DNA of 64,000 nt, from NCBI RefSeq assembly GCF_963676685.1, contig NC_092346.1, positions 18,848,001 through 18,912,000 on the forward strand, in the 5' to 3' direction. The translations under genes and the position numbers were made by a program. Position 1 is the stretch's first letter, and every line of letters begins with the position of its first letter. Source of the DNA: Mytilus edulis. Lineage: Eukaryota. The notes under the pieces are model-generated. The model was not told the DNA's origin, ran no database searches, and worked only from the letters and a program-made list of their open reading frames with translations. Shown in pieces: positions 1 through 15,014 of this stretch.

Positions 1-3000
1 CTTAATTTAGTAAATTCTTCCAAAAGTTCGAAGTTTATTCAGCATTTAGCACATGTTTATTTTGTAGTGTTTGTTGTAAAGATGTTTTTGTTTGTATATC
101 CCTAACGTCTTAATAAACCTTCAATCAATTCACTAACACCGCGCTAATAAGCAAACATACATTATAAAAGTCCATGTAAACTAATGCGGTCCTAATTGGT
201 TTTCAAAAAAGTCCCAAGATGAAAGATATGAACTTGGACCGTCCATTGATTTCGTGTAATAAGTAAACATGGTCGTTTTCCGGGTAAATATTTGTCAACA
301 TGGACAAACTCTTTATGGAGACACAGGCACCAATTACTTATATATTTACTTAAGACTGGCATTTGTTCTCGTGGCAAAAATTTCTCATGTACTTTTGATT
401 AAAACTTTCATTTTTGAAACTTTCACTTGCTAATATATAAATTTGTTTTATAATGGAATTGAATAGGTATGTTTGCTGTCCATTTATTAATTGCAAACAA
501 AAGTATTCATTTGCTTAATGAAAAAAAACAGGTACATTAAAAAAGACAAAATGAAATGTACCCATTGTGTAATCTTGTAAACGCATTTTAATTGTTGTAT
601 CATTTTTAAATTGGTAGAACAATTTCATACAATTTACTTTTTATATTAGGGGACATTTTCTACTTTGGTAATTGTCAAAGGAATAAACCCTATTAAGAAT
701 TTCCAAAATAAAAAGAATTGCAAACAAGCGAATATTTTCTTTTTGTTTCCTAAACTGAATAAAAGGAAAATTTTCGTAACTCCACACAAAGATATTCTTT
801 CGATTTTCTGCAAAATTACAATAATAAATCTTCTTGAACGGATATTTCAAAAAACCTATAAGTACACATATAAAAGATTGAAAAAGAATAATAATAATAA
901 TAGTCACCGAATAATAATAAAAATAGTAATAATACAATTAAGGCTTTGATAAAGGAATAATAATTTGATTAAATTATGGTAAAATAGAAACCGCAAATTG
1001 GACCGGCTTCCGTATAAGACTGACAAGATAATCCGAAAATCATTTTGAGAACAAAATTAATTTGTAAGTATTCGACATTAAAATCCGAAACAAAAGTTAA
1101 CTATATAATTTCAAAAGCAATTAAAATTTTAAAACATACAGAAGAAATCAGTCAATCCTTAGAGTAAATTGATAAATGTTTTATATGATACGGCTAAAAA
1201 AGTTGAATTTACGAGTTGTACGTCTTCAGATTTTTTTGTAAATTAACACATTTTGACAAACTCTTGACGAAAAAAAATACAATTATTCTTTTGCTGGGTA
1301 TAGTTACTTTGCGTACTTGAGATCCGATATTTATTGTGGTGTTGTTTTGGAATCGGAAGACTAATAATGTAGAATGACACCCATTGAGTGCAGGGTTTCG
1401 AAGAAGAAAATATATTTAGTTGTTTTCAGACACCAATGGGCAATTATTTTGAAAATAAGATAAAGTCACATTAAGTCAAGATAAAGTCATAGTATGGTTC
1501 AATAAAATTATATTCGTTTTCGTTTTGTTAAAAATGAATTATTCATTAAAACAATGAAATTAATTTAAACAAAATACGGGCATTGCTAACTTGTTTTTCC
1601 ACTTATGTGTTTGGTGTTTAGATGTCTTGGCAATAATTATTTTGGACAGAAACAACTTTAGTTTTTAAATGAAATCAGGGAACAGTATATCTATGTTCCT
1701 GATAAAATAAAACGCAAAATTAATATTAAGAAAATTAAATCGTAAATTATATGCACTTTGATGAAAAGTCATAAGGCATTATGTTTAAGAATCCTCACTT
1801 ATAAACTTGTTTCCGCAGGACTTAAAATTACGGAATATAAGTGTTTTGAGGATCAAAATCTGAGCCACTTTTTAAGGGAAAATAGTTCAATTTGAAAACT
1901 GTGACTACGACACTATGACAAACAAAAGTATAGTCGGGTGGTATTGTGTTAGAGTCTAGATCATTCTGATGTAAAAACGCCTCCTTTTCACACATAGATT
2001 AGATATTAGACACAGTTAAAACATGTTTTGTCAATTCTAATTAGAGTCTAAAATCATAGGTTGCACCTATTAAAAAAAGTCACAAAATACCTCATATCTA
2101 TGACAAATATGATAATCCCTGAATACCATGCAGGAATTTAGTTACCTTGCCATTTTCCTCAGTGTATTTGCGAATTGCATAAAAATAGATTTATCTTTAA
2201 AATGGAAATAGAAGCCCATTTCCCCTACCCCCAAAAATAACAATTCCCAAACAAATTATTAAAATGTTAGCAGCCAAATTAAAGAGGACATTCAATGAAC
2301 ACAGTCATACTTACGAAATGAGGAATGCCGAAATCCCAAAATCCAACGAGCTCAAAATTACTAATAGAAGTTTTAAAAGTTTCCGACAAAATCTAAAAAA
2401 CAGATCATAAAAAACAACATAAAAACTCCGTATTTTTGCCTACTTTTAGACAATCTTAAGCCTATGGTTTTTCATTAAACATGTGTTCTGTGCCAATCTG
2501 TACAGAGTACAAATAGAAATTCATATTTACCCAAGACAAACAGCTATAAACAGTTTAAACAATATGATTTAAAATTGTTGTAAAATTCATCTTATACAAA
2601 TTTGTTTGAAATTAACTCTCTGAAAGCAATATTCATTTTTTTCTCATGTAAGTGCATAAAAAAACCTGTTAAGTTTGAGACATTGAGCAAATATGAATTA
2701 TATTACATATTATATATTCATATTTACAGTACACAAGAGAGTTGAAATGGTTAAACATATTTATTTTTAATAAGTTTTTACCTCTATTTGCAGTCTTTCT
2801 GAGGCCAACCACGTTCATGCAAGAAAACAAAGGAACACCAAAAATCCTGACCTAAAATAATAACAATAAACAGGGGTAAAGCATAGGTTATAAAAAATAA
2901 CACCCTCAAAATATATAAATACATTATTTTCGTTATTGATATTTTGAAAAAAATACTTTTACTTTCAAACTACGTCACAGTTTAAAGAACATAAAAAAAA

Positions 3001-3581
3001 TGTAAACCAACAATCTAAACATTCTTGATTCTACCGGTTTTTGACACAAGCTTTTCTTAAATGTCCATATGACAAAACGTTAATTAGTTTATTCCGTCCA
3101 AATTGCAAAAAGAATTCTGTATAAATATTTCCAAAATAAAAGATAGAAAAAGCCTATGACATTTATGAAAAATATGCCAAGACTATCTCGAGACCACACT
3201 GAACTTATAACATTTGGTAAACCGGAATACGCTTATATTTACGATACGCTTTATATATGAACAAAGTGTAGCACTCAGCCGAAGACCAAATTAAACTTCT
3301 GGATGTAAAAAGTTATCTTTTCATACGATATGATGCATCCTGTTAATATTCTAAAAGTAACCTTTATTTACTTGTAAAATAAATGCGCAAATGAAATGTT
3401 TATCTGTGCGACCCCGTATTATATACAGTCAGTGCGCAAATTATAAGATAATGTAATGCGCAAATGCGATAGTAGTTCGCTTAAATGTAATGATAATGAG
3501 CACAAATGCATGTTGTGGTAATACGTGCAACTATAAGTGCACATTTACAACCGTTACATCTATGTTTATATGGTGACATGG

Positions 3582-3745
3582 CAGTGGCGAATCCAGCCAT
3601 TTTCAAAAGGGGGATTCTTCCAAACCAAAGATAAATGGGGTGGGGTGGGGTGGGGGTTACAACCGTATGTTCCCATTCAAATGTGCATTGATCGTCCAAA
3701 AAATGGGGGTTCCAATCCCCGGAACACCCCTCTGAAACAAGCACT
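3582..3745. mobile_element. Degenerate hAT-like MITE
   Basis: Starts CAGTGGCGAATCCAG and has G/C-run body like 41683-41842; right TIR is eroded. Confidence 0.45.
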
Positions 3746-6700
3746 TGGATGTTATATCGTTTGAATATGAAGATTAAACAGGATGGCTAGACAGACAAAA
3801 AATGGTGCAAGGAGATTGGACAGGATGGCTAAACTGACAATGAATGGTGTCAATAGTGGACGAACGCCCCTAGAACTGTCCCAAATTTCTTTCGATGCTG
3901 TAAAAGATTACGAGAATATATTAAGTTTCGAGGTTAAAATAAAAAATGTGCAACTTGGTATCAACAAAAAACAACAGGCAATTCTAACAGTGTTCATATT
4001 CCTTTTTAAAATGAAAAGTCAATCAATTCCCAAAACATCAAAGCAGTTTTACATGTAAGCGACAAGGACCATTTTCTGTCTTTCCTTTAAATCGTCTACG
4101 AGTGCTCAAGTGGTAATCCTTATGATCACGAAAACAACCAGAACGCAGACGACATTACGTATTTAATAATTCTTTCAATTGTGCATTTTCTCTTTATACA
4201 TATAATTGTCCTGTTATATTGATAATATTTACAGTTGTAAGTGTATATGAAGAACAAATAGCTAAAATCATTTTACTTTTTGTTTTCTTTTATTTTGACT
4301 GTATTGTACCGAAGTGGCGAGATATACTATTCTTGTGAAAGTCCTTAGAAAAACATTTAACTGATCTATTATACAAATAATTATTTTCTTCTATTTATTA
4401 ATGCGTTATTTGGATAATAAAAAGGCAGATTTAATACTTTTGAATGAATAAAGGTCATCGACCAAAGGAACCGCCATGTTGAATGGGACATGGATAAATC
4501 ACTGTTTATATATCAGAACCGTTATTTTCAAAATAAGATAAAGATCAAATCAAAGGTGATAATAGGTCTTTATGGGTTAATAACAAAATCTTATTACCCT
4601 GTATCATGTAACTTTAACGTGTTTGCTATCATAAGTATAATCTCGTTTTGAACGAGATGTAACAAGAAATGTTGATTTCAAATAAGCTTATAAGTTGATT
4701 GATAATTTCAGACGACGATTCTGTAAATATTAACAAATCTATATATATAGTGTGAGAAATATTTTGTTCTATAGTATATGTTGCGTTGTTGTTTGATTTG
4801 TTCATTGTCCATAATTGGTAATGTCCAACTTAATCATAATCAGCAGGACTGGAAAACCATAAAATCTTGTCTATCAGGCGGCAATTGGCATACTTTGGGG
4901 TAATTTATTTCAAATAGTGAAGTTACCTACACGGAGAATTTATTCTGACTTCGAGTCGTACAGACTTTGCTGTCAATGCTATAAATGCAACGTATTTGTT
5001 GTAGACAGGAGGAAGAACATACTAATTTTATGACTTTCGATGCTGTTTGGGTCGACCATGCAAGGATAGGATTCCTCCTAGACTCGTGACGAGCAAACTT
5101 TCACTACAGACACCCGACACGTTTGTCCTGGTTGCTAAAAGTGGAATGAGTTAAAATTTCACAACCATTTTCTTTGTGTGGGGGGGGGGGGGGGATGGGG
5201 AGCTATTACCCGTTCGTTACTATTATATATATTGATGTACAATGACTCAATGAACTAATATTAATGGAATGGCGTCTGACCTTTATCTTTTGACCCTTAT
5301 CATTTTTTTTCAGGGCAAAATTTAATGAAATGTTTAAATTGAATAACTTTATATTTTAATGTTTAATCCAATGATTTAGAATAAAACTTTAACGAGATAG
5401 ATTTAACTCCGAATTCGTCCTGTCAAACATGAGCATCTGGAAGGTGCTAACATCCTTAAAGTAAAACAATTGCCATGGTATTTGAAAGCTGACGATTCGT
5501 GACTTGCAATGACCGTTGAGGTTTAAATCCGAAGATGCCCCATAATTCGCCTGTTCACATATGTTGTTAACGAAAAATATTACAATGCAGTTGACAATGC
5601 TTAATAGTTATTTTTATGCAGGTCTTTCATGTTGACCATCTCTACTTAAAATATATTATTGAAAATCTGACATTTTCTACGTGAATAAAATTCATTTCTT
5701 CTTTGTGCTTATATGGTCATCAATTTCTATTATTATCTTCTCTGTTCTTTTATCTTTTTCAGTTACAAACATAGTAATACTACTGAGGCATAACTTTAAC
5801 GTCTCATATATGATTAAGTTTCGGTAACATTTTTTTTCAAAAGTATTTCGACAGTCTTTTTTTTTAGCGTTCAAATAACAATAATATATTAAACTGTAAG
5901 ACTTATTTTTTTTCTATTTTTTTTATTATTCAAATAAAGTTAATTTCCTGATAATTGATTCATTAATAAACGTCAGTTGCGAAATATAGACAAATTCTGA
6001 ACGTGTGTTTATATAATAGACTTTTGCTTTCCGAACTGTTGGTGATGAGCGTATGAGAAACATGCAATTACTATGTGTGCGATGGTTACAAAATAGTCAA
6101 AAATCATTCACGTCTGGTGAACACTTCGGCCCCTGCACATGAAAAATCTTACAATTTACATTGGGTTTTATACTCACAATGTTGTAAGTAAGCGCAGGTC
6201 GCATAGGTTGAATGGATGGCGCAAGTTTAAACAGGAGGGACAACTATATTTTGAAAAAAATTGTCCTACACTTGGGAAAGATATTTTTAACATTGCCCGC
6301 ATAACATCACTCGTATATGTTATAGAAAAAAAAAAGCAATTAAAGCAAACGTACGTTTGAGCTTGAATGAAGAAAAAAACCTCAATCAACATAAAATCAC
6401 CAACTATAAAACGGCTGGTGCCTTTTAGTCTTTAATGGATAAAAGAATGGAATTAGATTAAACATTAGTTTTACTTCGTTCACCTTCACCCCATGTCGTG
6501 TTATAAAGTATATTAATTCATCCTTTCTATTTTGTAATTACTAATTTTAGCCACATTATAAATATGAAAGATCATTTCTTTGAGATTTATCGGTTAACTC
6601 TCTCCATACACGTGCATGGGAATCGGCGTTCCATGAAATTAAACGATCGCACGTGCGCTCAACATCGGCAGTCAATTCAAATCGATGATACATTGACCTG

Positions 6701-9700
6701 GTTCCTGTTTCACATCATCGAACAATAACGTTAATCAAACGATCAGAAACCAGATAAATAATGACAAGTCATCACTTCCGGTTCCTGTCATAATTTTGAT
6801 ATGGTTCCAAGTTAAGTAAGCAGAGGAACCAGATTATCTGTACATGAGACCTCACTTCCGATCGCTGTCATCGGTTTGATTGAACGCCCAGGTAAAGCGA
6901 GTCCGATTGATAAACTTGTTATTTAAAATGATATATACCGAACACTTGAAACAAGACAACACAAATACGTCTTCATATCTTTACAAAATAGGGTCAAACT
7001 TAGATTTACAACGATCAGGTGTTTCTAATTTCCCTAGATAAATACTTCTTCTACCTGGAAAACAGAGATTCTTTTATGAATTTATTGTTTCAAGTTTTAA
7101 ATAGCTTGGATGTCGGACATAAACGACTCCGAAAAGAAGAAAACTATCACTGACTGACTAGATGTAAAGCTTCGCGAATAAAAATGTCTACTTAAACACA
7201 CCAAATAGCAGTAAATCGATTAAAATGGCGAGTTCTATATGGTCATTTTACTTTTAAGTTCACTATGTTTTGTTGCTTACATATTGTTAAGGCGAAAGAC
7301 GTCAAATTAAAAAACAAAGACGAAAAGACAAACAACGTGACTAATCTTAAAACCCTAAATAATGAACAAACCAAAACTCAGGAATAAATGCAAATGCTTC
7401 AAGTCTTAATGGTTTATATTTCTCTAGTTCTAAAATGTATCTCTGACTTTCGACATCCTATGTTGTTCTCGTGGTTTATTGGAGTTCGTTCTGTTTAAAA
7501 CTTATTCTCAGTATTGTATGTTATTTGTCGGGTAGCGATCTCATGTTCACGTTTATCCCAATATTCTTGTTTTTATTTATAATTCATATTAGGGTATCTG
7601 TTTTAAAGGGTATCTCATATTTTTTTATTTTCTTGCAACATAGCCGCTTCGGTAACCCTCTAGATTTACCCAGTACACGATGTTTGGAGCGATAACATTG
7701 CCATGCCGCATTGTCATATCTCAGATGGCAAATTTGATTAAAAACGCTTTAATGGGGTTTCAGTCTGTGTTAAGACTTATTAGTTTCTGCATAATTTATC
7801 ACATTTAGATAAATGTTTTGAGTGACTTTACATTTCCGACATAACAAAGATGGCGATGTTAAGCTTCCTACGATCTAATCACTGACAACGAATTATCCGT
7901 ATTTCCCGTCACGAACCCGAGAAAACTTCGTGTTTAGTCTAAAGCTATTTAATTATCGTTGAGTGTTATTGTGATTGTGCGATGATATTAGCTTGATTGA
8001 AGAACAGACTTTTAATGGCGTTCCTCATTTGTAAACTTGGTAATTTTAACATTATCACGAGGATTATCACGGTATCTTTGTTGATCGATAATATTTTAAA
8101 ACATTTTTGTTTTATTTTTCTTCTCGTGAAATAGTTGTATAGTTTTGTTTTGCTCTCGTTAAAGTCTGTTTTGATGATTGTTTGACGATTGAGTGATGAT
8201 ACATGCTTCTAAACATGGAGAAATAATCATGGTACGCTAGATTTTACTAATTTTGACCGAATTGCTTTTGTTGACCACAGCAAATCATAAACTGGTTTTC
8301 TTTTGTCGGTGACATGTGCTATTCAAATATATTAAAAAAAAGTAGAGGAAATATATGCACAAATCAGATTCCCTACAATTGCCGACTGCCAATCAAAATT
8401 GAACATAGTCTATGTTTCATTTCTTCATCCAATTAGATACTCTCATTTCAAGGTATGTGTCACGTGCAAAAATTGCTAGCATCCACATGCTTCACTTTCT
8501 TATAAGTTTTATCATTATTCTAGTTTTTTTCTTCCAATTTTCCACTTGAATCTTTTGAAAGTAATACAGTAATGAATAATTAAGAAATATCAGAATTGCT
8601 TTTTTCATATTTAATGAATTTGAAACCTTAAAAATTGCGAATAAAGAAATTAATGAAAAAGTAATATTATGAATATTTAAAGATAGCCATATATTTCTTT
8701 GGATAAAAACTTGACGACCTTATACCTCATCTTTTATTGAAAACCCATGTAATTGTAATGCATGATGTAAAACTGGATAGTCAGATGTCGTGTTCCATTG
8801 ATTGAAAAGTGTTCGTTTTCTAAAAATAATCACCCGTATATCAATGCAAATGCAGTGGCTTATACTTTTAATTCACTAAAAAAAACTTTGAAAATCTTAT
8901 CGACTATGCAGTAAAAGAATTTGAAAGTTGGACATCATATCGAAAACGCAACAATTATAGTTAACTAAAAAACAAGTGGGTCAAGGTCGAAGCATATCGA
9001 AAAACCTTGTAACCGTTTCAGTTCGATACCGGATCTGGATAACTTACATTTTTTTCCTCATTCCCATAAAAGAGATAGAAACCCTGTTCTTATATTAAAA
9101 AAAAGTTGATCTACTGAATTTTTTTCATGGTTTAAATCTCAAAATTGGAGTTTACATTCATTGTGGGATGTTGAAGAAAGAACATGCTTGTCAACTGATC
9201 GCAATGTCCGAGGGCACTTGAACTTAAAGTAGAACGAAATGTCATTATTAAAATGCATCTGACAAGTTTTAATGGTAACCATGTAAACTGTTATTGTTAA
9301 AATGAAAACAAACTTATTGAGTCCAATCATCCTATCGTGTAGATTCATCCGTTAATGGCGGTTAAGTGGAGTACTTAGGTTTGACAGATGAATATAGCGT
9401 AGGTTTCTCTCACCTGGCTAAAGGTCATTGTACTTTTTACTTTTATCGCCCGTCTGCTTTGGTTTTTCACCGTTTCATATCACTGTTTTCTTTGGTGAGA
9501 GAAAAGGGAAGACCGTTCTGTTAGACAGACCGTGCATTGGCAAGTGCAAAAGACCACCACGAATTCTTTGTAAAGAAACTAGACTGTAACGTCTAAATGG
9601 AAACATTTACAAAGGAGAAAACTGACGGCTTGGTTTATGATAAAAATCAAAAACAGAAGATGAAAGACAGCGACCAACACAAACCACCAAAATGAACCAT

Positions 9701-10192
9701 TTACAAAGTAGAAAACAGGCGTTTTAGTTTATGATAAAAAAAAACAACGAAAGACAATATATGGTAGACAGCAACCGACACCAACCTCTGAACTACAGAC
9801 TCCTGGCTTAAGTCAGGCACATAAAGGATGTGGCATGATCTAACACTCGTTCGAGAGCTCAATCCTCTCCCGAACCTGGGACAAATGTATGAGAAACAAC
9901 GCAAAAGCAAAAAGCCTCTACTCTATTTTTACAAAAAAATAAAAGACACTATTTCTAACATTGTATAAAAAAATCAAGTAATTCCGAAGTACAAAAAAAC
10001 GAAAACGCATCCGTGTAAGACAAATAAGAATTTAAAGCAGTGTAACAAACGCACTTTAACAGTTTTTAAGCATGGTATTTATCTTTTTAGTAATACACTA
10101 CTGATAAGTACTAGTTACAGAATTAAAAAATGTATGCATGGCATTGCAGTTAACTGATTGCAGGCGGTTTTGTATAAAGGCAACTATAAGCA

Positions 10193-10298
10193 CTAAATAG
10201 TTCTAAAAGTACACAAATCAATACCACACAAGGGATGTACAAGTTCTAAATAGTTCTGAAATACACAAATCAAAACCACATAAAGGGATGTACAAGTT
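10193..10298 (+). repeat. ~53-bp tandem duplication
   Basis: CTAAATAGTTCT...TACACAAATCAA...AGGGATGTACAAGTT twice. Confidence 0.9.
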
Positions 10299-13200
10299 CC
10301 GTGTTTGTACAAAAGTGCATGATGTTTACAAACATAGGTATTTAAGGTAAATCAAAAATAATAAATTACATCTTGTTTAAAAATAAATTGTTTCATACAA
10401 AACACGGATGGGAGTTGGACGAGCAACTACAGCAGCATACGAAAAAAAGAAGAAGGGTGGAATTTATTCATTTATTGTTGTTTACACCATAACTGGTATC
10501 GTGATAAAACAGAATGACGCATAACATTTAGCATTCCATTAAACGTTTCCATTAAACATAAAAGGATAGTTCTTTATACAATTTTACTTGTACTTTTATG
10601 CATGCTTAAAGCCGAGAAACACATTGATACAACAGGAATTTTAGGGATGAGTGGCTTGATTTACCATAGTGAGCTTGCATTTTCTTATACTATTGCACTT
10701 CAGTTTAAAAGAATTGTTCTCAAATTCTTATGCATTACACTCCTAAATAAAAGTTACATATTGTAAGTTTTGCATATAACAAATATTTCTGTACAAATTG
10801 GTTCATTTCAGCGTGTCGAGACTGTTCTTCGAAAAATACATAACAGGGCTCCATCACATTTACCCTGTCGAATTGCTACTAGACGAAGCCCGAAATTAGA
10901 AGTCCCATTTTTTTTTAATAATTTTTAGATTTCGTTATAGGTTATTCCATAATTTACTCTATTTGACCTTCTCTCACTTTTTTAATATTAATTGAGCTCT
11001 CTGCATTGCCATATCTTAATCTTAAGACCATGTGTTCAGTTCTAGTCTTTTTTCAACTCCTTTTTTTTGCGATAATCGTACGAACGTTTCCCCCACAACT
11101 AATTATTATTTTGTTCCCGAAAAATTGAAAACAAATTAATATTTGAACATGGATTTCCTTAAGATAACGTGCATATAATTTCTATGTACAACAGAAAAAG
11201 CTACCAGTTTTTTCAGATGTGGTTTCTAGTTTTGAGCAGACAAAGCCATAAAAGAAACGACAAAGCAATTTTGATTGGATAATAATAAAAAAAAACTTCC
11301 GCTTGTAATTTCCAGTGCAATTGTTTCTAGAAAACATCCCATTGGGTATTATTATCAAATTATTCCAGAGAAAAAGCAATACACATAATATAATAAAAAT
11401 AAAATGTCAAAATTTCTATAATCTGACTTAAGCCAATTTGTCACATGTTAAACACGGAATTGTTTGTGGGCTATTTAATTAGAGCGACAGCAATATTATT
11501 GAGGATCGTGGTTCGTCTCACCAATTTAATAATCTTGTAAAAAATCGCATAAAAGGTCAAATGAATTCATTAATTTAAACAGCAATTTTCCCTCTTCTCG
11601 AGCAATTTTATTAGACTTCTAACCTTGTTTATTCAATAACAACTCTGAAAACTTTGCATTCACTTCCCGCTTGGAGGTGTCACTAAGCACCACTGTTTGG
11701 TCTGGTCGCTGTTTGTTCTTCACGATGCACCCTTTTTAATGCCATATATATTGAAATATTCCTTCGAATATTGTAGTAAACGTTGCTGACTGTCAAACTT
11801 TATAACGGACAGAGGCATAATATAATATATATTCCCACAATCTTAAATCTAAAATCCAAGGAAACATTTTAAGAAAATGAAGAATAAAAGACAGATCTCA
11901 GTATAATTCCCCAAAGAGTCAAACTTAAACAACTGAATGAGTTAAACAGACAACATAAGGATAGAATAGGAGAGGGGCGATAAAATTATATACAAAACAA
12001 ACTAAGACAAAAATCACAGCCAGTCAAATGTACAGGTTTTATTTGTAAAACAATGTTTATATACACACAAAATATTGACTAACTATATTGATCTGACAAT
12101 AAATTTATTATAGACGCACCTCGGCGAAGATAGAGAAGTTAGAGAATGTGGTATGTTGAGTACAGAGATAACGACATAGTCCTATAACTAACCTTACTAC
12201 CCCTTCACAAAGGATTACCCATGTCCGACCAACCCAGGGACACCGGATGGAGACTTAGATATGACCGATATAAAAATTCTAAATTACTCTGAAACCATGA
12301 GCTGCCTGCTTTTTATAAGTTTTTGAGATTTCCTGTCACGGATATAGAGCCCATATGTCATTTGACAAGTTATATATCCCTTCCAATAAAGGCAGTACTT
12401 GAGATCTTGTAAAACCCACCATAAAACCACGGTGTAAATATTGTCCGTTCTTGTTTATTGTTTGTTTATTGCCGTCTTTGGTTTACAACATCTTATCATC
12501 TGACGCTTAGGTAATAAATATTAGAATATTAAAAAGACTTTAAAAATCTTTGTTTCTTGTTAAGAATTCGTGTTTTACAATATTGTTTCAGATAAGGAGA
12601 TCTTCAACCATTATTTAATGCGCGTCATTTTCAAACTTTTTACGGCAAATATTACAAAAAATAAAGAAATATTTCAAGTTTCGCATTTCTGTTAGTCAGA
12701 TGGGTGTGGAAACCTCAACTCGTCAATCATGATATTGCAGAAAGAAAACTTTAACTTGAATTCAGTCGTCTAAATTTCTTGGTTGTGCTTTTCAAAAAGT
12801 TGATAATCCTTAGTAATTAATATATTTCTGATTGTCTATTTAAAATCTAGTAACTCTGTTATCATATAACCAAGACGTGAACTTTGTATAAAGGTGCAGA
12901 TTAGAAACCTGCCAAATAGATATGGCATATCAACTCTGTTCTCAATGCATTTTATATACCCTTAGATAGCGTGGTTTTGTGAACGGAAATTAAGTCTATG
13001 TAGATATAGTTTATAACAGCCATATTGTAATAATATCACTGACACGTTGCTTGGCAGTATAACGTACGTAGTTATGATCGCGCGGGTAATATAAGTCAAG
13101 GGTATAGCAATGAATTTATTACCCAGGGAAGGGCCAGTATAACGTTCAAACGGATTTAAATGGAGAAAATTGGGACAAAATCTAAACAGCGGTATTATAG

Positions 13201-14940
13201 GAGGAAGACATTATCAGTAAAGATTTATCACGAGAGCAAAGTTTTACTGCTATCTTAACGTAGAACGAGATTACAGAACCACCCGGCTGAAGTCCATGTT
13301 GTAAATTAGTTAATACTCTGTCTAAAGTACACAGATATAAACGAGTTCAAACTTCACAAAAATAGAAATTTTAAAATTTTCTCAGGCTTGGTATATAACG
13401 TGATTTTTATCCCTTTTCCGTGATTAAAGAAATCCTTCCCAAATGAATCACAACAGTCTTAAATGAAAACAAAATGGCTGACGGTAAAATACATTTTAAG
13501 AACATAACAGAAAAACACTCAAAAAGATTTTACGACTATTCTGTTCGTTCTATCCGCCGCAGATTTATTATGTAAAAATAGAATAGCTTCATCCGATTAT
13601 AAAATGATTCCAATATCATGCACAATGTTAGCGTAAAACGGAACTCGTGCCATCGTCGTTCCTGAAACGTTTTGTCTATTCAATATGACGTTGTTAGAGC
13701 CACTCTGCTAACCTTAAAATATTAATTGATGAAGTTCGAGATTACACGATTGACACAAGCGTACTTCTAGTAATGTGCTTCTCTGATTGTTTGTCTATTG
13801 TAAATACTGAAAATCTTCACGTTGTTATGTACATAGGGTTTCAAGGGCTGTTTACACCAAGCTGTTTCATCATATCGCAAATTATTAATTTGTCTATTTT
13901 TTATCGAAACAACAAATTTATTTAAGATTGCTTCAATATGACCTTTGACGGTTATTCTGTTGTAAAATGTTTGCTCCTATTCCCTAAATCCACAGAATTA
14001 TCGCCGTTTTTGTGTATTCTAGTTAACAAATACTCGTCACGCGAAATTATTGACTTTTTGCTATTAATCCAAGTTAAATTATACATATAAACAGTGAGAT
14101 GTGTGCTCTGAACAGATAAGATAGAATAAATACAAAAACAGTTTGTGCAAAGTTTTCTCATTTGATTTACAATGTTTAGCTGTCTTAAACAGGTGAAAAT
14201 CAAAACGTCAACAGAATAGATATTTTAAACTAAATACAAATACAACGATATCTTGTTCACACAATCATATTAAACATGCAAACACAATTTATATATACAC
14301 AGATCATTCTAATGTATACATAAATGTTTGAATATTATATGGAATGCTTCCGTGAAAAAACTATATTTACATAATGAAAACTCAGTTTAATTGCACATTC
14401 TAAACACCTAAATATGTGCCATATACGGGTATGCGACAAGCTATACTTCCTAACGACAGTCTGCTTTATCCGGGTTTATGCTGACGATAAAAAATGGTTT
14501 TAAGTAACATAGAACCAACAGAACAGAATAGGGAAATCCTGCAACTTTTGGCCGAAAGTGTGAAATAAGGACGTCCCTTTCTTTTGACGGTTCCGGTCTT
14601 TTTCTTCTATAGTCACGGTGCTTCCCGTCTTTGTTTATAAACTTCTTGTTTTTGATTGCCGCTTGGTATCTTCTTTCATGTTCAATCTTATTTTGGCAAA
14701 TTGATATCAAGGACATATAAGAAAAAATAATCACAATCCAAAAAGCATTTTCAAAAACATCCTAACCTCATCTAAAATACATCACTTCCGGCTACATATG
14801 AAAAACACATACATATGTAACCGGAACTGATATCAACTCTATCGGCAGCACGTGAAGGTCAAAACAATGTCTTTGAAACAAAGTACGTTACTCCCTTAGA
14901 ATAGAAGAAGTTAGGATAATTTGACTCTTTATGTATTGCC

Positions 14941-15014
14941 TCTGATGAATGTAACAAATTGCAGAGAATGTTCCAGATCTGATGAATGTAACAAATTGCA
15001 GAGAATGTTCCAGA
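14941..15014 (+). repeat. Perfect 37-bp tandem duplication
   Basis: TCTGATGAATGTAACAAATTGCAGAGAATGTTCCAGA twice. Confidence 0.95.

Noticed and set aside
14941-15014. CTGATGA motifs as possible hammerheads
   Set aside because: No stem II or GAAA...UH arrangement follows; this is a simple tandem duplication.
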